Below, in pieces: positions 1 to 11,753 of a DNA stretch of 64,000 bases. The notes beneath the pieces are model-generated. The model made no database searches and had not been told where the DNA came from. It saw nothing but the letters and a program-made list of their open reading frames with translations. This stretch comes from Ascoidea asiatica JCM 7603 (Eukaryota > Fungi > Ascomycota). Position numbers and translations under genes: made by a program. Every line of letters starts with the position of its first letter. The stretch's first letter is position 1. The stretch spans positions 966,654 to 1,030,653 of the forward strand of contig BCKQ01000003.1 in assembly GCA_001600695.1 (NCBI GenBank). The letters are read 5' to 3'.

Positions 1-1137
1 TTTTTTAATAGTTTCTTCTAATGAAATTTCTTTATTCATATTTTCATCAAGTAATCTAACATCTCTAATTGTAATTAAAAATTGATTACCTTTTAAATCT
101 CCTAAACTTAATGGATTATCATTATATGAAAAAGATCCAAGTTTAATTCCTTTTAAAATTTTATTTAAAGAATTAACTCTTGCAACTTTCAATTTTTGAA
201 TACATGCTGCTTGAACTGTTACACCTCTTCTATCCTTTGTACCTGCATAACGAATAGATTTAGATGGAATTCTTAAAAATTTAGCAAGTAAATTTGCAAC
301 TTCCATTGTTTCTTTATTTTCCTTATATATTAAAAGATGTAAATAATTCTTTTGAGGACCTAAACCAAAATCATTCTCAGGTTTTACATTTTGCTTAGAT
401 CTTCTTGATTTTTCATTTGAAAGTCCAACTTTGAATGTATTTGAAGATGTTGTAATAGTTTCAAGTTTACCTTTAAAAACTTCTCTTAAAGTTTTATGAA
501 TTTCACTTCTTTTGGACTTTTCATTATATTGATTTGTTGTCTCAAAATTCGATCCATTTTGCAAAACTTCTAAAATTTTATTAAAGTTTTCTTCACCAAA
601 AAGTTCAATTACTTTTGATTTTTGTTCTTCAGGTATATCTATTGTTTTTTTGTCAGAAGTTTCAGGTTTCTCAGATTTCGATTCTTCTAGATCTTTTTTT
701 TCAACATTTTCACCATTTGCTTCTTCCTGTCTCTTCTTAAATTCCAATTGACGTCTTTCTGCTCTCTTTGTTTTGGAATTTTCAATAGGGAATCCATCAT
801 TGTCTAAATGAAGAACTTTATCATCAAGATCAATTTCATTGACTAAAAAATCATTATATCTTTGTTTCAAGATACCTGTGAAAGGAATAATATCATCAGA
901 TATGAATCGAGTAATTCCAACATCTTCTTCAAGGACTCCAATTGATGGATTTATTTTAAAGTCTGATTTTGTTTCTTCTCTTGAATTTAAAATAGTTTCA
1001 TCTAATTTTACTTTTTTAGTCTGTGGTTGATCATTATCGGTATCAGAATCTAGCTTACGTCCTGCCTGCACTATTTCAACTTCAGGTTTTTCCACTATGA
1101 CATCCTTCTGATGCTCTTCTTGGTCTAAATTACTCAT
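1..1137 (-). CDS. PUS7: TruD-family pseudouridine synthase Pus7 (3' end runs off the left edge; not in ORF track)
   Basis: Read by hand from ATG 1137: MSNLDQEEHQ...EEDVGITRFI...FTGILKQRYNDFLVNEID...IRYAGTKDRRGVTVQ, the latter being the TruD catalytic GTKD motif. Confidence 0.93.
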   Translation of the reverse strand, partial: MSNLDQEEHQKDVIVEKPEVEIVQAGRKLDSDTDNDQPQTKKVKLDETILNSREETKSDFKINPSIGVLEEDVGITRFISDDIIPFTGILKQRYNDFLVNEIDLDDKVLHLDNDGFPIENSKTKRAERRQLEFKKRQEEANGENVEKKDLEESKSEKPETSDKKTIDIPEEQKSKVIELFGEENFNKILEVLQNGSNFETTNQYNEKSKRSEIHKTLREVFKGKLETITTSSNTFKVGLSNEKSRRSKQNVKPENDFGLGPQKNYLHLLIYKENKETMEVANLLAKFLRIPSKSIRYAGTKDRRGVTVQAACIQKLKVARVNSLNKILKGIKLGSFSYNDNPLSLGDLKGNQFLITIRDVRLLDENMNKEISLEETIKK

Positions 1138-1229
1138 TGAAATGTTATGGAATCGAGTTATAAAGAATTCACCTCGATTTAAACTAGTTTCTTTTGATCT
1201 CTTTTCTTACAAATTCTGCAGAATCCAAT

Positions 1230-1259
1230 AAATTTTCAGTGGGCAAACTGAAAATTTTC
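1230..1259. promoter_or_regulatory. Two RRPE-like elements upstream of PUS7
   Basis: AAATTTTCA at 1230-1238 and TGAAAATTTTC at 1249-1259, about 100 bp upstream of an RNA-modification gene. AT-rich motifs can occur by chance here. Confidence 0.55.
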
Positions 1260-1590
1260 GATTTCTAGAAACAAGCATAAACACGCATGAGTGCAAAACC
1301 ATTTACGTGGGTCTAATAGACCCACGATAATTTCATTTGAATCAACAAATAACTTACAAAAACTATCAAGTAAAGTTATAATTTTATTTTTATTATTATA
1401 TATCCTAAATACGAAACCATTATTAATAAAACATTTAAACCCAGATAAAAAAGTTAGAAAATATGTAATTGAAAGTCAAAAAAATTGTTAAAAAGTTCAG
1501 AAAAAAGTAGAAAAAAATAAATAATGAAATAATTTAATAATGAAAGTCTATGAAAAATGAAAAAATGAAAAATAAAGAGTTGATAAAAAT

Positions 1591-4500
1591 TTAATATTGA
1601 TACTGGTAATTATTTACTACCCCAACAGTATTATATCTAACTAAACCTGGATTGTAGTTAGTATATGCAGTATTATAAGAACCAGGAACGTTTCCATATG
1701 CACCTGGTGGATAATAATTATTTTGAGGTTGAGCATATGAATAACCATTATTAGAGTAAGAAGGATTGAAATTGTTTGTTCCATAAGGATTGACATTGCT
1801 TGCACTATTGTATCTTCTTGCAAGAAGAATATCAACGTTATTATAATTTAAAGGTTGAGTAATAGAATTTGCTCTTGATGAGGCTCCTGAAGTTTTAGAT
1901 GAAAGAGAATGTAAATCTAGTTGCTGACTTAAAGTATCATAATATTGAGATGGTAAAGAAAGATTTTTTCCTTGATCAAGGATTGAAGGAGTCCTTGAGT
2001 TATTTAATGAATTGGTTATAGAATCAGTTAGTGAATTTGTTCTTGAATTTAATTTAGAATTTAATTTAGAATTAGTTATTGAGTTTGTTCTAGAGTTAGT
2101 TCTGGAATTAGTTCTTGAATTGGCCTTAGAATTAGCTCTAGAATTGGATCTTGAAGATTTCAAAGGTGCAAAATCTTCTTCTATGCTTAACATTGAAGAT
2201 ATTATTCTTTGTTGTTCATTAAAATTATCTTCATGATATTCAGGACTGATTAAAACAGAATTATTTCTTGAAACACGAGAAGCCTTTTGTTTTTGAATAA
2301 ATGATTCTCTTGACATTTGAGAGTCTGATCTTTTATTAATAGTTTTATAATTATAAGATTCTTGAAGTGATTCCCTTGGAATATATTCACTTTCTTGAGC
2401 TGAGGAGATTGTATGTAATGAATTTGCTTCATCAATAGTTGATTCTGAAGTATTTGAAAGAGATTTAGTAAGATCAGAAAAGCTAGATTCATAAGAAGTA
2501 TATGATGAAGGTGAATATTTTTCTTTTGAAACAGTTTGAGAAATATTTCTTGTATTGAAGGAGCTTGCTCTTGATTCACCTTTTTCATGACTAACAAATT
2601 CCGAGTCTGTTGAGAGGTCTCCAAGAATTGATGATAAAACTGACAATTTTCTTTCTAAATCAGCAGAATTTTTTCTGTAAACTTCATTCTGATCTATAGA
2701 ATCACTAGTATATTCTTTAGATGAAACTCTTGAAGGTTCTTCTTGAATCTTCGAAAGTCTCTTTTGTGAGATATACATTTTTTCTTCAGTTGCTTCTTGT
2801 GATTTTAATTTTAATTTAATTTCAGTTCTTTTTGCAACACTTCTTTTAAGATAAGAAGCCCAATAATTGCATAAAGCTTCATATTCTTGTTTAGCTGAAT
2901 TGTTAGTAGCATTATTAACATCATAATTTGAAGTAAATTGTTTTTCTTTAACAGCAATATCACCATCACTTCCATAAGAAAATTCTTGAGATTCTTTCAA
3001 GGATGTTTCATCTTTTAAACTTTCATTATACGTTTTCTTGGATAATTTCAAAGCTGTACTTGATAAGCTTTTACTCTTTTGTTGAACTGAAGTATCAGAA
3101 ATAATTTTTGAATTTGATTTTGAATTTGATCTAGATTTTATAAGTTGTGCGGCTTTAATTTTTTGATCATTAAGAAGAGATGATGATCTATATTCAGATG
3201 GTTTTTTAACACTAATTTCAATTGAAGGTGCAATACTATCTTGATAAGAAACATTTCTTGATCTTGGATTAAAGCCAGTTCTATTGTTATTATTATTATT
3301 ATTCATATCAGAATACAGATCATTATTGGCAATTATACTTGCTCTTAATCTCAATTCAATATCCTTTGAACTTTCATTAACATATCTTTCAATCATTTCT
3401 TTTTTAGGATGAATATAACCAGAATTTTCTTTGTTAATTGATTCATATAATTTATTATTCATTTCAATATTTGCTTGAGATAATTGAGAATAACTTGAGA
3501 AATCTCTTTCATTATTTTGACTTGTATGAGAATTTTGAGTTTGATTTAAAGCAGAAGAAAATGAATTACTTGAAGGAATAATTGGTTTACTTGAATTTTC
3601 TGATCTAATAACTTTAAGTAAACTAGAAGTATTAATATTTAAATTACTATTTGTATTATTATGATTAATAATTTTTTCAGAATTATTTGAATTATTAGAA
3701 TTATTACGACGATGATTATTTTTTTCAAAATGAGATAAATTTACAGGTAATAAAGTTGAACCAGCTTGAGATAAAATATGTTTATATTTATTTTCATAAT
3801 ATTTATTTTTAATTTTTTTATTTTGATTTAATTTTGGAATAATATCTTCAATAAATTCTTCTTCTTTTTCTTCTTTTAAAATTTCTAAATTACCAATTTG
3901 TTGAGTTTGTCTTCTTTGATATTTACCAGTTAATAAACTTAAAGAATTTGATCTTTGAATAATATTATTTGAATTATAAGTGAAAATTGAAGAATTTTTA
4001 GAAGAAGAAGTATTTGATCTTGAAATAGTTGTATTTTTATTATAAGATTGTTTAACAGAAACAGAATTATTACGATTATTATTAATAATTTTTTCAGAAG
4101 ATCCATTAAATATAAGATGTTTATTATTAATATTTGAATTTAAAATATGATTATTTCTTAATGAATTTTTTCTAATTAATTTTTTTGGTTTAATTTTAGA
4201 TTTATTAATAATTTTTTTTTTTGAAGATTTAAAAATTGGTCTTTTAAAAGATTTTAAATTTAATTTATTATTAACTTTAAAATAAAATAATTTTTTAAAA
4301 GATTTAAAAGAATATCTTAATTTTTTATTTAAATAATTAAATGGTTTAACTAAAAAACCATTTTTAATTTTAATTGCTTTTGAACGACGTAAATTTTTTG
4401 ATTTTGATTTTGATTTTGATTTATATTTACTTTTATTTTTATTTGAATTATTATTTGAATTTGAATTTGAATTTGAATTTAAATTATTATTTGAATTGAA

Positions 4501-5484
4501 ATCATTATAATTTATTGTATTTATAATATAATTTGATAAAGTTGAAGATTCAAAAGGTGAATCATTAATATTTTTATTATTATTATTAATAGTATGGATA
4601 TTATCATCAATATAATTATAAGATAAAGATAAAGCTTTTGGAGTTTGAGGAATTGAAGGAGATTTACTTGTTTTACTAATTTTTGATTTAAAAGATTTTG
4701 AAGATTTTAAAGAATTATTTGTATTAGTATTAGTATTAATTTGAATTTTATTTTGAATTAATGAATTTCTTTTATTTGATTGATCTTTTAAAACATTTTC
4801 AGTATTTGTAGAAGAATTTGAGATTGAATTAATTGAAGAAATTTTTGAGATTTTTGAAATTTTTGAAATTTTATTATTTAAAGTTTGTTTATTGTTATTG
4901 TTATTATTATTATTATTATCATTGTTATCAGAATAATAAGATGAAGAAGTTTTATAAGATTTATAAGTATTTGATCTTATTGGAGAATTATTATTATTAT
5001 TATTATTATTGATAATAATTTGATTAAGAGAATTAATTGAATTTTTTAATTTTAAATCATCAGAATTTGAATTTGAAATTTTATTTGAATTTGAATTTGA
5101 ATTTAAAATTTTATTTGAATTATTTGAAGATAAACGTAATTTCAGAGAAGATTTTCTTGAATTTGAATTTGAAATTGAATGAGATATTAAAGAAGATGAA
5201 GAATTTGAAGATAAATCAACTTCAATTTTAGTTATTGAATGAAAACCAGAAGGTAAAATATAATCATTACCTAAAAAATCATCATCATCATTAGATTTAA
5301 TTTTATTATTAATTTTATTATTATTATTAATATTAATATTTTGATTTTCTTTATGAAAAGTATCAACTAATTCATTAATTATAGATTGTTTACCAAAGAA
5401 TGAATCAGTTTTTTTTCTTTCATGAGAAGGAAAAGAATTTGAATTTGAATTTGAATTTAAATTTGAATTTTTAATTGAATTCAT
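1591..5484 (-). CDS. AIM44: Bud-neck polarity scaffold Aim44/Gps1-like protein, low-complexity N/S-rich, 1297 aa
   Basis: LRRSKAIKIKNGFL...KKLR and YWASYLKRSVAKRTEIKL resemble the conserved Aim44 blocks. The order AIM44(-), TGS1(+), KIP2(-) matches S. cerevisiae YPL158C/157W/155C. Confidence 0.72.
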   Translation of the reverse strand: MNSIKNSNLNSNSNSNSFPSHERKKTDSFFGKQSIINELVDTFHKENQNININNNNKINNKIKSNDDDDFLGNDYILPSGFHSITKIEVDLSSNSSSSLISHSISNSNSRKSSLKLRLSSNNSNKILNSNSNSNKISNSNSDDLKLKNSINSLNQIIINNNNNNNNSPIRSNTYKSYKTSSSYYSDNNDNNNNNNNNNKQTLNNKISKISKISKISSINSISNSSTNTENVLKDQSNKRNSLIQNKIQINTNTNTNNSLKSSKSFKSKISKTSKSPSIPQTPKALSLSYNYIDDNIHTINNNNKNINDSPFESSTLSNYIINTINYNDFNSNNNLNSNSNSNSNNNSNKNKSKYKSKSKSKSKNLRRSKAIKIKNGFLVKPFNYLNKKLRYSFKSFKKLFYFKVNNKLNLKSFKRPIFKSSKKKIINKSKIKPKKLIRKNSLRNNHILNSNINNKHLIFNGSSEKIINNNRNNSVSVKQSYNKNTTISRSNTSSSKNSSIFTYNSNNIIQRSNSLSLLTGKYQRRQTQQIGNLEILKEEKEEEFIEDIIPKLNQNKKIKNKYYENKYKHILSQAGSTLLPVNLSHFEKNNHRRNNSNNSNNSEKIINHNNTNSNLNINTSSLLKVIRSENSSKPIIPSSNSFSSALNQTQNSHTSQNNERDFSSYSQLSQANIEMNNKLYESINKENSGYIHPKKEMIERYVNESSKDIELRLRASIIANNDLYSDMNNNNNNNRTGFNPRSRNVSYQDSIAPSIEISVKKPSEYRSSSLLNDQKIKAAQLIKSRSNSKSNSKIISDTSVQQKSKSLSSTALKLSKKTYNESLKDETSLKESQEFSYGSDGDIAVKEKQFTSNYDVNNATNNSAKQEYEALCNYWASYLKRSVAKRTEIKLKLKSQEATEEKMYISQKRLSKIQEEPSRVSSKEYTSDSIDQNEVYRKNSADLERKLSVLSSILGDLSTDSEFVSHEKGESRASSFNTRNISQTVSKEKYSPSSYTSYESSFSDLTKSLSNTSESTIDEANSLHTISSAQESEYIPRESLQESYNYKTINKRSDSQMSRESFIQKQKASRVSRNNSVLISPEYHEDNFNEQQRIISSMLSIEEDFAPLKSSRSNSRANSKANSRTNSRTNSRTNSITNSKLNSKLNSRTNSLTDSITNSLNNSRTPSILDQGKNLSLPSQYYDTLSQQLDLHSLSSKTSGASSRANSITQPLNYNNVDILLARRYNSASNVNPYGTNNFNPSYSNNGYSYAQPQNNYYPPGAYGNVPGSYNTAYTNYNPGLVRYNTVGVVNNYQYQY

Positions 5485-6543
5485 TTAATTTATGGATTTA
5501 ATTTATTATTAATATTGTATACTATTATATTATTATATTATTATATTGATTATAGATTTATTTGAAAGTAATTTATCATAAAAAGAATTATAAAATAAAA
5601 ATGAGATAGAAAATGGATTATATTATATTATATTATATACTTTTTTATTTGAGTTGAGAATTGAGAAATGTTAATTGATGAATGAGAAATGATGAAGTTA
5701 TTTAAGCAAAATAAAAATATTAATATGATGTAAAGTTATAATATAAAAATATGTTAAGAATTGAAAAAAAGGAAAATTATGCTGGTTCTTATATTAAGAT
5801 ATGAAAAAAATAAATTAAAATAGACTAAGTTATAATTTGAACTAAGTTTATAGTCGAGATGAAAATTCTTTAAAGAGATTGGTTAATAATAATATTATTT
5901 TTAAAGAATCCTTTAAAGGAAGAATGTAATCTCAATTTGTAAAAAATGAGAAAAGAGAATTGAAGAACATAAATTGGTTACCAAGTGTGTGTGAATTCTT
6001 TTAGATTTCAAAGTAATTTTTAATATGTTTTCCTGTATATATTAGTATATATTAGTATATATTAGTATATATTAGTATATTTGGTCGAAATTTAAAGTAT
6101 TTTCCCTACAAAGGGGATAAAACAGCTTGTGAGGAAGGCGTCGAGAGATCTGGAGCAAGGTTTGTTTGCTGTTGTGTGTTGTGTGTTGCTTGTTGTTTGT
6201 TGTGTGTTGCTGCTAGACGGAGCCACTCGAGCCTAGACGGGCGGGAGACACGTGCAGTGCTGGGGCTGCTCTTGTCCTGTATAGTGCAGACACTCGTCCT
6301 AGATTAGTACTTTTTATAATCAGGATCGAGTCACGTGAATGGTGATAAATATACAGCAGCATTTCAGAATATATTTCTCAGAGTGTGCTGGAATAGGAAA
6401 TAATAATTATTTTACTTGATTATAAGTTTATTGATTACAGTAATCTCCATTACAATAATCATACTATTCAAATGATTGAATCAATTTTTCAATACAAACC
6501 ATTTTCCATTTGACTCTTGACTTTTAACTTTCTAGTATTTAAA

Positions 6544-7680
6544 ATGACTGAAGATTCAATAAAGTCTAATGATCAATTAGATTTATCATCTTTTGGATTT
6601 CCTGATTCATTTTCAGGTAAATCAAAATCAAAATCAAAATCAAAATCAAAATCAAAGAAAAGAAAATTTCAAGAAACAAATTCAAATGAAGATTATAAAA
6701 AAATTAATGAAAATGAAAATTATTATGTTAATGATAAAGATCAATATATTAAACAATTAATTGAAAGTAATTATAAAAAAATTTATAATTACCATTTAAA
6801 TAATTTAAAAAAATATAAAGAAGAAAATAATTTAAAAATTTCAAATAAGAACTTAGAAAATGAAAATGAAAATGAAGAAGAAGAAGAAGAATTATTAATT
6901 TATAATCCTCTTTGGGGTTCTGATATTAAAGAAGAATTAAATTATAATTTAAATTCTTTACCAAAAAATTGTAAAAAATATTGGTTTAAAAGATATTCAA
7001 TTTTTACAAAATTTGATAATGGTATAAAATTAAATTCAGAATTATGGTATTCTGTTACACCTGAATTTTTAGCAAAATATATTTCAATATATATTTCAAA
7101 TAATTATAAAAAAATTTTAAATAATCAAAATTTAAATATTTTAGATTTATTTTCTGGTGGTGGTGGTAATACAATTCAATTTTTATTAAATAAAAATTTT
7201 AAAAATATATTCTCATTAGATTTTAATCCTATAAATTTATTTTGTTTATCAAATAATATTCATATTTATTTATCAAAATTTAATAAAAATTATAATTATA
7301 ATTATAATTATATACCTTTTAAAAATAATTTTTTAAAATTAAATTTAAATCAATTTAAAATTTTAAAAAATTTTTATAAAATTAATATAATTTTTGCAAG
7401 TCCACCTTGGGGTGGTCCAAATTATATTAATAAATCTCAATCAAATTATTTTAATCTTGAAAAAGATTTATTACCTTTACCATTATCAAAATTATTATTA
7501 AATTTATTTAAAATTACTTATAATATTATACTTTATTTACCTAGAAATTCAAATTTATCTCAATTTAATAATATTATTCAAAATTTAAATTTAAAATTAA
7601 ATTTAAAAATTTTTGTAAAAATTCAATTTGTATCAATTTATTCTTATAATAAAGGTATTCTATGTTTCTTTAATCTTTAA
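6544..7680 (+). CDS. TGS1: RNA cap trimethylguanosine synthase
   Basis: KYWFKRYSIF, LWYSVTPE, LDLFSGGGGNTIQF, FASPPWGGP and YLPRNS motifs. True start is ATG 6544; the ORF track began at a TTG. Confidence 0.95.
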   Translation: MTEDSIKSNDQLDLSSFGFPDSFSGKSKSKSKSKSKSKKRKFQETNSNEDYKKINENENYYVNDKDQYIKQLIESNYKKIYNYHLNNLKKYKEENNLKISNKNLENENENEEEEEELLIYNPLWGSDIKEELNYNLNSLPKNCKKYWFKRYSIFTKFDNGIKLNSELWYSVTPEFLAKYISIYISNNYKKILNNQNLNILDLFSGGGGNTIQFLLNKNFKNIFSLDFNPINLFCLSNNIHIYLSKFNKNYNYNYNYIPFKNNFLKLNLNQFKILKNFYKINIIFASPPWGGPNYINKSQSNYFNLEKDLLPLPLSKLLLNLFKITYNIILYLPRNSNLSQFNNIIQNLNLKLNLKIFVKIQFVSIYSYNKGILCFFNL

Positions 7681-7696
7681 TCTTTAATCTATTTAA

Positions 7697-8106
7697 TTAT
7701 TTTTTTCGACTTTCATTTATAGTACTCAATAATGCATTTGTATTATATTTTAATTCCCTATCTCCATTAATCACATTATCACTCATATTATTACAATTAC
7801 TATTATTATTATTATTATTATAATGTTCAACTTCAAATCCAAATTCTCCCAGATTTTCAATATTTGGACTATTAATTGCACTATTATTTCCACTATTACT
7901 ACTCACCAAAATACTATTTCTAACTCTACTACTAGTTCTTAAAGCTTTTATTATTCGATCTTTACTTTTCATAGTTTCATGTAAATCCATAATATTATCT
8001 GCATAATCTTTAATTAAATCTTCTAATTCTTTAATTCTTTTTTTTTCATCTAAATTACTTATATTACTTAAATTACTATTCAAACTTTCTATATCATTAC
8101 CATTAC

Positions 8107-8140
<34 letters not shown>

Positions 8141-10496
8141 GGTAATTGTCTTAGAATTATTATTAGTTCCATTTCTAGATAATATACTAAATGAATCAAG
8201 TGTTTTATTCTCAGAATAATTATTATTAAATATATTATTTCCATTATTTATATTATTTTTATTAAGATTCATACTTGCATTCATTGTCAAACTTAATGGT
8301 GATATATTACTACCTCCACTAGCTGTAGCTGAATAATATGGACTTGAAATATAATTACTTAATATTAATGTATTTTCATGAATTGATCCAGAATCCGTAT
8401 TATTTGATAAAGTTTTTGATAAATTATTATCTGAATTTAAATTTAAATTTTGTATTGTTTTTTGATATTCAAATTTTTTTAATTCAATTTCTAAATGTGA
8501 TATATAACTTTTATATTCTTCAATTTCTAAAGATTGTCTTCTAAATAAATCTTCAAAATCTTTAGTTATAATTTCATTTTCTTGATTATTATTATTATTA
8601 TTATTTTTATTGATATTAGATTTAATATTTGATAAAAATTCAAGAATATTAGATTTTAATATAACTTGTTCAGTTCTTTTAACATCATTTAATCTATGTA
8701 AATGTTCAACTCTTTCCATTAAAATTCTATTTTCAGAAGTTAATATACCATTTTGATCTTTTAAATCATCAAAATCTTTTAAAGTTGAAGTTGATAAATT
8801 TGTAGATAAATTTGAAGAATTTTGTAAAGAATTTGAGGAAAATGTTGAAGAAGATGTTAATGAACTTAATGAAGAATTAGTACTATTATTACTATTACTA
8901 TTATTATTATTACTATTATTATTATTATTTTTAATAAAATTATCATTTCCTTTGAAATCAAAATTTTTTAAAGTTAATTTTAACATTTCAAGTTCTAAAG
9001 TTTGTTTTTCTAATTTTGAATTTAAATCATTAATTTTATTAATATTATCTAAATTAATTTGTTGATTATTTGAATTTTCAAAAATTTCATGTTTTGAAAC
9101 ATTTAAAGAAATATTTTTTGCTCTTGCTGCAAATCTTAAAGTATTTATAGTTTCAGTTAATTGTTGTTCACCCATATGAATTGTACAAAGTATTGAAACA
9201 ATTGAATTACCAGATAAAGCAGGTTGTAATAATCTTGTTAATTTTGAATCTCTATAATTTATATGATTTGATAAATTTGAAGAATTTAAAGAAAGTTTTG
9301 AAATTACAGAAGATAAAGCTAATAAAGATTTATTTATAAAAGAACCTTCTTTTCTTCTTTCAGATTGTTGAGTTGCTCTTTCAGAACCTGCTAAATCACA
9401 TAATGATAAAGTTGAAGTTATTGAAGAATTATTTAATAAATTTTTATTAATTAATCTAATTAATACAACAGCATGAGATCTTGAAGATCTTGAATTAAAA
9501 TCAGTTGAAGCAGTTTTTCTTGCTTGATCACCTTTTTTAATTAATTTTAATAATTGATCAGCAGAATCAACTAATTCTTCAGTTAAACCAATAACTTTTA
9601 CACCTAAAATTGGATCATCTCTAATTTTTAAATCATTTGGTTCTGGTAAAAATTGAGGTATAATTGTTTGTTGTTGAGGAGATAATAAATCATATAATTT
9701 TTCATTATAAATTTCAAGATATGAAACATTAATAATTATTTTATTATTATTATTTGAATTATTATTATTATTATTATTTGAGAATAAAGGATTATTAATA
9801 TTTTGAAAAATTTCATTAACTGCCAATGGTATAACACCAGGATCATTATCATTACCTTGCATTGAATAAGTTTTACCAGAACCAGTCATACCATAAGCAA
9901 AAACAGTTGAATTAAAACCATTTAATAATTTATTAACTAAAGATTTAACAATTTTTGAATATATATAAGAATTTGAAATATTTTGATTAAATACATTATC
10001 AAAAGTAAATTCACCAATATCATTATTTTTTATTGTATTTTGATTATCATCAATTTGCCAAACATTTAAATTTCTTAATGATTTCACAGGGTTATTATTA
10101 TTGTTATTGTAACGGTTATTATTATTATTATTATTGTTATTATTATTATTGGAATTGTTATTTATATTTATGTCAGGTCTTGGCCTTATAGAAACTGAAA
10201 TTGTTCCAGTATAAGTATCATTACTTATTGGATTTGAATTTAAAGGATTGATATTATTATTATTATTATTGGATATATTATTATTAGAATTTGAATTTAT
10301 ACTACCATTACTTAAATTTCTTAATCCAAGACTAGATTTTGATCTTGATCTTGAAAGTAAACTTGAACTTGGTCTTGAATTTTGTCTTGAAGTTGGTCTA
10401 GAATTTGATCTTGAATTTGGTCTTGATAAATTTCTGGGAAAATTTAAATCTTTTATTGGACTTGAATTTTCACTATATTCTATATAATTGTTATTA

Positions 10497-10534
<38 letters not shown>

Positions 10535-10729
10535 GAATAAATTTGAATTATCATTTAATTTTGGAGGTTTTCTTAAATTGAAAGAATTTAAAGAAGAAGA
10601 ATTTAAAGACAAATTTGAAGATTGTCTTCTCATTGAACGATTATTAGACGATAAAGGAGTGATGTTTCCTGATCTTGATGGAGGTCTTAATGAAGTTCTT
10701 CTTGAAGTTGGAGTTGTATATAAAGACAT
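7697..10729 (-). CDS. KIP2: Kinesin-related motor Kip2
   Basis: AYGMTGSGKT P-loop, NSRSSRSHA, DLAGSE and RDSKLTRLLQPALSG motifs; Ser/Arg-rich N-terminus; synteny with TGS1. Confidence 0.93.
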
Positions 10730-11753
10730 TGTATTACTGATTGTTATGAATATTGGTCATTATCTTGAATAATAAAGATATGATTTAATAAGGTAATTTG
10801 TATTATGAATTGAACTGAATTGAATTGAAATGAATCTGGTTATATTTATTTATGTTTATATTTGTATAAATCTTATAGATAGATATATGATTGAAATTAT
10901 GATCTGAATTGTAGTTTATCTATTATTAATAAGATTATAACTTTATGTATATTACGGTATCAAAACAAAAAAAGATAAAAAACAACAAAGCAAAAAGAAG
11001 TATTAAAAGTTAAAGGAATCTGTCCTTCCGTATAGAATTGAATATATTAAAAAAGAGAAAAAAAAAAAAAGATTTAAATGAATGATTGATTGATCTTGAT
11101 ATGTTGATAGAGAAATATTTATATATTTACTTGATTATTTACTTGATTATTTATTTATTTATTTATTTATTATTTATGCTTTATTTTTTAGGATTAGAAT
11201 GTTTCAGAGAAATTATGAAAATAAGAAATAAGAAATATCAAATATCAAATCACTTCTCTGTCTTCAGAAGAGTCGCACTGTCCAGTACACCGCCCGCAGT
11301 GCTGGCTGACCGCGGATTGATAATACAGCGCCTATGAATTAGGAGTCGACCGAGACTCGAACAGGCAGTGGTCGGGCCTCGATCAAGAGCCAGAAATAAG
11401 ACAAAAAAACCAAAATGCCAAATATTCAGAAAAAACAACAAAGTTCTGAACTTTTTAGCAGAAAATACAAAATAAATCTGAGACCAGACCAAAATATAAA
11501 AAATAAACAACACACGTGATTTTAAAATTCAGTCTTACGTAATAAGTTAGTCATAAATATGAAAAAAAAAAGTTTTATATAAAGTATTAGTTTTTTTTTA
11601 GATCCATTACAATGGTGCTTTTGAGTTTCTTTATATTTTATAGGATCTGGTAACTTTATTTTTAAAAATTTATCGAAAAATTGTTTATTGCAGAACTTAA
11701 TCCATTTTATGTTTTTAGTAAGATATAGAAATTATAGATATAAATATTATAAA

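Noticed and set aside
11354-11362. B-box-like GTTCGAGTC (minus strand) in the KIP2/DUS2 island
   Set aside because: No A box at a suitable spacing and no cloverleaf. At most an isolated TFIIIC site that I cannot support.
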